From the human T2T-CHM13v2.0 reference genome, Homo sapiens: a stretch of 64,000 bases of DNA. The stretch is from the NCBI RefSeq assembly GCF_009914755.1, contig NC_060941.1. The stretch is one strand, 5' to 3'. The notes under the pieces are model-generated. The model saw only the letters and a list, made by a program, of their open reading frames with translations, was not told the origin of the DNA and did no database searches. Each line of letters begins with the position of its first letter. The first letter of the stretch is position 1. Shown piece after piece: positions 52,524 to 64,000 of this stretch. Position numbers and translations under genes: made by a program.

Positions 52524-53214
52524 ATCCCTTTTGTCACATCACTGAGAGTTGGCCTCATGGCCTTCAAGACACTGCATCAAAAACATGCCCTGACCCTTCC
52601 TCTTTCACCCTGACACTGTGCCCAGTGCCCTGTCAGGAATCCAAGGTCAGGGGTGGCAGACAAGGCTCCATAAGAGGCCCAGTATCCTGTGTCCTGGTCA
52701 GCTGGGCACGGCCACCAACCCGCAGCCAGGGTCATCCAGAGAACCTCCAGCAGGATCCCACGAGAGGGGAATTAGAGAGGAGGCTGGGTATCAGGACCTG
52801 GCAGGCGGAATCAGGCGGGTAGGGGGAAGGAGGGCAGTGCCCTGGAAAGGGGGCCGGTCTCATTGTTGTGGTCTGTCTGGGAGATTCCTCCCCTTTTTAA
52901 TTTGCTTCCTGATTGAGGGGTTGGCTCTGACTGCCCAGCTCCCCCGTCATTATCTGCTGCCGGTGGCTCAGGTGCTGGCGAGCCTGGTGTGGCCCGTAGG
53001 TTATTACCTGGAGCTCTGGGGGTGGCAGAGGCTGCCCCTCTGGCCGGGGTGGGGGCCTGTCTGGAATCTGCCCTGATCCTACCACCCACAGGGCAGCCAT
53101 CTTGATGCCCAGCATAGTGGACACATTCACTTGGTTCCAAGAGTCAGCTGATCCCAGGCGGACTTCAATGTCTAGAGGAAGCTTCATCTTTCAAGTGCCT
53201 AGAGTATGGATTCA

Positions 53215-54332
<1,118 letters not shown>

Positions 54333-55293
54333 TCAAAGGCTGTGAAAGGAGTTAAGTCATTCATTAAGAAGTGATTCCAAGCCATGTGCGGATGAGAAAG
54401 AGACAGCAGTGAAGCTAGGGGATTCTCCTGCTGAATCCTTCCTATTCTGTGGTGTTCAGAAAACCAAGATTCGTAGAGGGGAAAAAGTGGCATTGATCTA
54501 TGAACCTGGGACAACTAGAACCCAGCATGTGGGACTTCCTGTTGTGTAGGTGCAGAGGAGACTCAGCCTCCTGTAGTGCCTGGAGCATTGGACTTCAGAC
54601 CTCTGCTCAGTGCCTGTGGGCGCAGCCTAGAACCCTGGCAGAGAGGGCACCCTTGCCTCTTCCATCTCTGAGTCCCCAAAGTTCTGGCCCTTTGCATTAT
54701 CCTTGATTGAGCCTGTGAGCTTCAAGGACAGGAGATAATATAAAGATAAACAGGAAGTGCCAAATTAGAGACACGAAGTTTGTTGTTTTAGAGGGCGCCC
54801 AGCGCCAAGCAGCGGTGCCAGGTTGGCAGTCCTGGAGCCTGGTGTCTGCCTGCTCTCTGCACAGCCAGCTGCCCCTTGGACCACAGCAGGAGGGCCCTCT
54901 GGGCAGGAAAGGAGGATGGGATGGAGCATGGCAGGGAATGGGTTAAGCAAGTCATTCTTTTTTACCCACCAGCTGAACATTTGCAGTGTCACCTCTGATT
55001 CATTCTGGGCATTTAGTCACTCATTCCACAGATATTTTTAAGCTCCTTCCCTGTTCCAGGCATGTGCTTGGTACAGCCTCTTCCCCCAAAGCTAACATCC
55101 TCACTAGAATGTAAGCTTCATGGAGGCAGGGGGTTTCGTTCATTGCACTACTCCCAGTGCTTGGAATGGTGCCTGGGACTCTATAAGTGCTTTGTAAGTT
55201 TGTTGAATAAGTTAATGGAAGGACGAATAGATGAAGGAAGGAAGGGAAGAAAGAAGGAAGGGAGGGAGGAAGGGGGCCCTTAAGTGGGCATAG

Positions 55294-56344
<1,051 letters not shown>

Positions 56345-59300
56345 GAATCTTTGAGTCTGGACACCAGTAGGTGGTCATGGTCCAGTTCCTTGCCCAGATG
56401 CCCACAGGGACTTCCAGCTTCCAGGCTGCAATCACAGAGAATGAAGAAGGAAGGCTGTTCGAGAAATATGGGCAGCTCTTACAGGAAAGCCCCCCAGCCT
56501 CTAACAGGCCCTCTCTGGGCATCGAAGGTGCCAGTGGTCTTCCAAGGCCCGGGATGTGCCCTGGACGTGATTGCTCTCCTGGGTCTTGTCTTGCTGCTCT
56601 TTGCCCCCGCCCTCCTCCTCTCTACCTGATGGTGCCAGGTAAGGCTTCAGGCATGGCAGAGGCTGAACTGAGAGCCACCCTACCTTGTTCCTGTGGCTCC
56701 ATCCCCCTATCCACACCCAAGAGATGAGATCCTGGGGCAGTTGGCATCTGACAGCCTGGCATCGACTCATGCCAACAGCTTGGAAGCTGCAGTAATTAGA
56801 AGGGGAGAGGGAGAGAGGGGGAGAGAAGGAGAGCGAAAGCAAGCTCTAGAGAGAAACCTTCTCCTGCCTGCCGCAGGGCAAACTACTTCAAACGAATTCG
56901 TTTCGCTCTTGTGAAACTGAAGACAATTTCCTTTTCTGTCATAAAACAAATTATTGCTCATCAGGAGTGCTGGGCTAGTCTCTTTCCTAAGGGTGTGCTC
57001 TTGCTCTTGTGCAGGAGGAGGGGAAACATTAGGGGAGGGGACCCAGGGTGCAAAAGGGATTTCCGGGAGCCATCCTGAGGGGGAGTAGGAAGAGAAGCTT
57101 TGGATAGATTCATGCTCCTCTCAGGAGTGAAACGGCGCCGTGTCCCCCTTGTCAACCTCCCCGACTGACCAGGGAAAGTGTCCAAGAAGGTACCGCTTGG
57201 CTCCAACCACCAGGACCGAAAGAGCCTCTGAGAGGGTCCAACCCTCCTCCATCCTCCTGCCTCCAAGCCACCCTGGGGAAGGCTCCACCTCCCCCCTCAG
57301 GCACCTGTTCCTGCTGTTGAGGGGTGAGGACAGGAAAGGGAGGCCCAGAGAAGTTAAGAGACTTGCCAGAGATCACTCAGCAAATTAATTAATGGCAGAT
57401 CCAGGATAAGAACCAGTGGGTTCTCTTCCAGGCCAGGATCGGAGGGTGCCTGGGGACTTTTGTTAGCACCTTTATGACACTGGGTTGCTCCAGTGAGCAA
57501 ACAGCATCCAAATGCTGCTGCTATCCCTAGGGGCAAAGTCTAGAAAGAAGAGCTGGTGCAGTGGGTTCCCTCCATCCCCAGTCATCAGGCCCCCATGCTG
57601 CCCCAAACATACCATTTCACCTCTCCTGGTCTTCGCTTTGAAAAACTTCCAGGGGACCTCCCTTCAGACCCACAAGAGGAATGATGGGTAATTTTTCTCT
57701 CCCCACCCCATCTACCCCACTAAATGTTCATAGCTCTTCCTTTCTCTTCTCTACACTGATCACCAGGCCAGGGCTCAGGGGAGACATGCTTCATTTTTAT
57801 GCTTCAGCTCTTACCAATTTTTCATCATCTCCCCTGATAATTGCCCTCCTCCTCTCCCTCACTTCTCCAAGCTCTGGTCTCATGGCTTTTCTGGGAATTG
57901 GGGGAAATATAAAGGTTCCTGTCCCTGAGGAGCACCTAACTGGGGTGGGAGGGGAAACAGACCTGACATTCACAAGCACCCAGAAGAGAAGAGAAACGGG
58001 AAGACTCTGGCTGGAAAGAACGTGGGTATCAGGATGAGGAGAGGGAGGGCAGGGAAGAAAGGTGGAGGCAAGGCCAGGGAGGGGTCTCTGAGAGGGTTTC
58101 TTGGAGAATGAGGTCAAGGAAGATGTGAGGAGGGGTATGGAGTAGAAAATCCAAGCCACGGACTGCCTGGAGACAAGGAGGAAGATGGGCCCAGGTTGGG
58201 GGCCATGGTGATGCCTGGGAAGGGGCTGGGAGCCAGGAGATAGGGTTCAAATCCCTGCCAGAGATGACGCAGGCAAATGGGAGGGCCAAATACAAACAAC
58301 CATTCCAGTGATGTGGAAACCTAGTTTTAAGCCAGGGTGAATGTAGAAATGTTTGGGGATTGGCTGCCGGACCGGAGTAGCCAGACAGCCACCGTGAACA
58401 AAGGCTCTGGGATCGCATCCGCGGCCTGATGGGAGATGGAGAAATCGCCTTGCCCACCCATCTTCCCCCAGGCACGCATGTTTCTTTCCCACCCAACCCG
58501 CTGATCGGCACTCTGGAAAGAGGGACCCACCACCTGCCAAGTTCCCGCTTGGCAACATCCCCAAATGTTCTCCCTTGTGTCCAATCACAATTCCTCTGGT
58601 GGCCATTGGAGGCTTGGCAAGGAGAGGGCAGTGGGGAGATGGAAAGCGACTGCCCCTCTGAAAGTGGCTGGGAGGGAGACAGGGAGGGGGAGGTGAGCAG
58701 AGGGCAGGGCCAGGAGAGGATCGTGTCCAGGCGAAGACTCCTGCTCATCGGACACGCCACGCTGGGAATCTGAGAATCTGTGGTGGGAATGGGCCGGGCT
58801 GGCAGGAACAAAGGATGAAAGCGAGGTTGTGCGGCCGGCTGGGACGTACACACCCATCGCTGACGTACTTCGGCGGCTGATGACCTCAGCCAGGCCGTCA
58901 GACCCCGTCTTATCGCGCTGCCCCAGTGAGGGTCCCCCTGCACCAGTCCCCAAACAGGGCCTGAGAGCATGAGATAAGTCGGTTAGATGCCAGAAGTACC
59001 TGCTGTCAGGAGGAGCTCAGGGAATGACATTTCCCAGAGACAGGCGGGGTCAGAAGAGGGGATGTGGGAGGGTGAAGAGAAGCAATGAGGCTTAGAGAGA
59101 GAGTGGAGAAACCATCATGTCAGTGACCCTGACTTGAGGATCCAGGGTCCTGGTTGTCAATTCTTCGTGTCTATCTAAGAATTCTGACAGTGGGAGGGCA
59201 GGGCCCTGGCTAGGCCTGAAATACCTCTAGAGGACTTGGGTTAGACACCAAAACTTATTTGCTTTTTGGTGGCAGGAACATTAAGAGACTGAGTGAAGAA

Positions 59301-61399
59301 CCCGTAATGATCTCAGAAAGTGTGGAATCACGCCTCTTGTGCAAGGGTAGACCACCACTTGGCCACACAGTCAGTGGAGGCTCCGATCCTCCCACCCCCA
59401 CCCCCATGGACCCACTCAGCTTCCTGGGCCTCCGTGGAAACCTGTTGCTGGCATTTCATCTGTTCCTTTGGACCAGGAGCGGAGTAAGGCACTGTGGTTA
59501 TGGTGTAGCTCCCTCTCGCTTGCCCCATTCTGGGGAAGAAAATGGGCTCTTACTGTTTTTTCTCTCCCAGTTTTGAGGTGAGGAGCCTGGGAAGGAAGAA
59601 TCTGTCTGAAGACTTCATCTGCCCTTCTAAAGATCTCACCCCCACTGGAAGCCTTTGGCAGATCCTCAAGCACAGCCACACTGCCTGTGTGTCCCCCAAC
59701 CACCCCTCACAGGGAGATATAGTTCCTCCCGAACAGAGCATGACATGCAGCCACACACATAGAGCCTCCACCAGCATGCACATGCGCACACACATGCACA
59801 CACGCCCTCACTCAGTCACACATCCTCTTAGGTCATCACTTACCCAGAGGTTCATCCAGACCCCAGTGCAGGCATACACTGTGGCCGCAGCAGCCCACAG
59901 TGACCACTGGAGCAGGCACACCCCACTCACTGCAGCACAGAGCCTCGCCATGCCAACAGGCCCCCAAACACTCCCGGGATCCCCTTCACCCAAGTGGTCC
60001 CTCACACACTCTCCACTCCCATTCGGGCAAGTGTGTGCAGTGAGCAAATACTATGATAATGAAGTGCAAAGATGGACCAACATGGTGCCTCCTGTACACA
60101 TGTGTTTACAAGGTGGCGGGAGACTCAGTCACATGAGCAGAGTGTTGCAAAGCAGCACTCGAAGTGCTGGAAGAGGAAAAAGCATCAAGTACCATGGGGA
60201 CGACCCAAGTCTTGGAAGCCACTTGCCTACACAGCCAGTGGGGGGCACTGAGCCTTCCCACTTTCATACGTGGGCAGCCAACCCAGAGCTGCCTACATCA
60301 GAGCCAAAGTGCTCCTGACCTCCACCAAGGGACAGAGCTTTCACACTCACGAGGCCCTCACCTACTCCCTAGTAGCCTCCTAATGCCAGCCAGACCCTCC
60401 TAACCCCGACCATCATGCATACGCATAGACCCATCTTCAAGCCCTCTGCTCTCACACACCCTCCTTCCAAGGAGCCAGGGCCACTTGTCACTAGAGAAGC
60501 CATAATTGGCAGGTGCTGAGGCTGCCACGGAGCTTTGGAACAGGCAGAGGGGAGGGAGGAGAAGGGTTCCTGAGGTAGGGGGCTTGGGAGCGGGATGGGG
60601 GAAGAAGGAGGGGGCTGGCTCCAGTGCCCTCTTCTCCGCTCTGCAGGTGTAATTAGCCCTGGCAGATGAAAGGGCGTCTTTGAAAGCAGGTGAGATCCTT
60701 GTCTGTCAGCAGGGCGCTCTGGGTGGCATCGGCAGCTTATCCTGAAACCACACACGGCACCAGAGCCGGGCTGTCTGAGTGCTGCCCAGGAGGCGGGGAG
60801 GCAGACCCCAGGGGCGTGAGCCCTTGACTCCCCACTCCCCCATATCTTGGCCCTGGGCTCCCTGCTTCTATGAGCAGGAGCTTCTCAGAACAGAGTCCTC
60901 CAGAGCCTGGCAGTGCCACTCCCAATAAACTAATGCCCCATCCTTTGGGCCTGAAGGGACAGGGTACTGCCTCCCCTCCCCTGCCAAGCTGGACAGGAGG
61001 CCAAGGACAATGGCCCTAGGCAGTCCTTTCATCCTGAGATCTCAAAGCACCATCTAATTAACCCCGCCCAGGTTGGGGACTTCCTCTGGAATCCCTTTGG
61101 AGGGGTGTGGTCTGGGACCAGCGATCTTAGCTTGGATAGGAGGACCAAGAGGGCAGGATCTCCCAGTCCTCATCCTGTTTGGGATCTGGGGAGTCTGGAG
61201 GTACAGCAAATTGAGGGTGCTAACACCAAACTCTGAAAAGGGGGCTGACAGGGATCTCAGGAGAGCCTGAGTTTGACACCCAAAGGGGGATAATCCTGAT
61301 GCATCCTGTCCCTCCTATTGCAGTTGGGTTCAAACTCAAGCAAAGGACGAATCTCACGGACACTCAGAGTGAAAGAGGCTGGCTCTAAAGGCGTAAACA

Positions 61400-61710
61400 C
61401 AGTGCATGATCTCACCTACTTGAAGGTCAAAAACAGCCAGAAAAACTAATCTACACTCTTTGAAGTCAGAATAGAGATTCCTTACTTTTGGGGGGTTTAA
61501 TAACCTGAAGGTGGGATAATGGGTGCTTTGGGGTGTTGGTAACCTTCTGTTCCTTGAGCTGAGTGTTGGTTACCCAGGTATGTTCATTTTGTGAAAATTC
61601 ACCCAGTTTTGTGCTTATGATTTATGTATGTTCTATATTTATAACACTTTTCTATATGCATTTCATAGTTCAATAAACATTTACATTAAACATTTTTACA
61701 TATCAAGCCA
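61400..61710 (+). mobile_element. Old L1M 3'-end fragment
   Basis: aaaactaatctac..gaagtcagaatag..ggttacccaggtatgttcattttgtgaaaattcacccag..caataaa. Confidence 0.65.
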
Positions 61711-63296
61711 ATACTTTGTCTTATGATTCCTTTAAGGGGCTCTCACATTTGTCTCTTTCCTCAGTTGGAAGATCAAAGAGTTTGCTCCAGAATGAAGCCC
61801 TGGTGAGGCTAGATTCTCAGAGAATTTCTGGACTGTGTGTGTGTAGGGGGAAGAAAGACAGGAGGCTGTGCAGAGCCAACACATTGATACACCCTATTCC
61901 CTACCCCCATCCCCACTGCAATCCTCAGACACACTAACCTATTTCACTTTGCTAAAAACCAATGAATGCTTTGATGCCAAGGGAACCAATGAGATAACTG
62001 GGATCCCTGCTGTCCTCTGCCCTACCCCCACTATCTGCTCCTGAAATCTGTTCCCAGTCAGGGTCCTACCCTCTCCACCTCTCGTGGTCAGCTCTGTCCC
62101 TTTCATCTCCCTCCTCTGCTTCAGGGTCTAAAAGAGATAGCTTTGGAGGGGTGGAGAGTGTTTGTGAAGAAGCTGCTGGTCCCCACCTCATCAAATGACA
62201 TCCCTGCTTCTTTCTCTCCACCCAGGAAAAAGGCAGGAGGCATTGATTTCCCCTCCTGCCACTGAGGGAGAGGGCTTTGAGCTGGACTTCCTGATAACTG
62301 GGGTGGTAAGAAGTCCTTGGAGGGGGTGAACAAAAGCCAGGATTATTTAAAGACTGACCTGTCTGGAGACAGGGAGAGATCAGATCAGTTTACGGGGTCC
62401 TAAGCTTGCTGGGTTTTCACTGCAAAGAACTTCACCACCCAAGCATGAACACATGGAGGTACTTGTCCTTGACATAGGGTATCCAGCTGGGAAGGGATCC
62501 TAAACATCCGGGTTTCCTAATTGGCACCCCAGAACCCCCAGCCACGCCAGAGAATGAAACTCTGCCGGTTTTGTGTGACTTCAGGAACATCCACCTCCTC
62601 CTGCGCTGAACTCAGTGATGTCCCACTGGCAACTTTCTCTCCACTGGTTTGATGGGCTCTATAACCTAGAGTCTGGGGTTCACCTTCCCTAGTTTTCTGG
62701 AAAATTCATACTCCCTGCCCCCAAACTCATCCTCCCTAATTAGCTCCCCTAAAATGTGCTGAGAAGAGGGATTCTTCTCTTCTGACCCTCCTTCTAGCAG
62801 GTGGAGTTCATAACCCTCGATCGAGTATTCCAGGGATTTTTGTTTTGTTCACTAATTGTATCATAAGCACCCAGAACAGTGTCTGGCACACAGTAGGCAT
62901 TCCATAAATGTTTACTGGATGAATGAATGGTGCCCACACTTGGAAAGTTCCTCCAGAAGCCCATCCTATATCCCTATTACTATCATTTAAGCTTTCAGCT
63001 CTGGCCCTAGAAGAGAGGAGTCAGCTATCTGCCTGCATCTGTCATCATTTATTGAGCACCTACTGTGTGCAAACCATTGTGATATGTGACTGTCTGTTCA
63101 TAACTTAAGAGTCTTGGCTCATACCAATACCTCTTACTATCTGTCCCCACTTCTCCCTCCAAGTCCAGTCTTCATTCAACCTCACTGGCCCATTTTCTTA
63201 AGAATTACTCAAGATTTAATAAGAATGAGAAGTTTGCTTTCTGTGATTATAATTGTTTGTTCTAGGTCTTCTTTCGTCTCCACTTAAGATAAGTGA

Positions 63297-63835
<539 letters not shown>

Positions 63836-64000
63836 TAAACAAGTGGTTGAAAAATAGGAAAAGGGGAAGAAAAAAAGAGAAGCTATCATGGGGTGTTTTC
63901 TCCCAGGTATCAGGGTCGCAGGTAGTTCCAACCTCAACTGGGAACAAGTCCCAACAGGTGCAACCCCTGTCCAGATGTTGCACAATGCAGGCGCGTGCCC

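Noticed and set aside
54790-54820. Possible CTCF site (gagggcgcccagcgccaagcagcgg)
   Set aside because: Only partial matches, with several core mismatches; cannot be supported without a PWM scan or ChIP data
58029-58970. 313-aa ORF as a new protein-coding gene
   Set aside because: No motif, domain or splice context recognised; kept only as part of the CpG-patch finding
59542-60318. 258-aa + strand ORF
   Set aside because: Driven by CA-rich low-complexity sequence (His/Thr runs); no family resemblance

Overview
This window is mammalian DNA with primate Alu repeats. From the reconstructed proteins I recognise it as the human OSBPL7-MRPL10-LRRC46-SCRN2-SP6 cluster (chr17q21.3; identification from recall, no database search run). 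I rebuilt five complete spliced CDSs by hand, all with GT-AG introns and consistent phases: OSBPL7 (-, 22 coding exons, 842 aa), MRPL10 (-, 5 exons, 261 aa), LRRC46 (+, 8 exons, 321 aa), SCRN2 (-, 7 coding exons, 425 aa) and SP6 (-, one coding exon, 376 aa). MRPL10 and LRRC46 share a bidirectional promoter. LRRC46 and SCRN2 converge on back-to-back poly(A) signals. Positions ~47.5-64 kb are non-coding SP6 upstream DNA with Alu, MIR, L1 and L2 remnants and an orphan CpG-rich patch. I see no convincing new gene system. The best second-look items are a ~260-bp direct duplication bracketing the SP6 proximal first exon with one-sided CpG decay, a candidate alternative acceptor or GC-AG exon just before the OSBPL7 FFAT motif, and SP6 leader features (spliced uORF, in-frame non-AUG extension).
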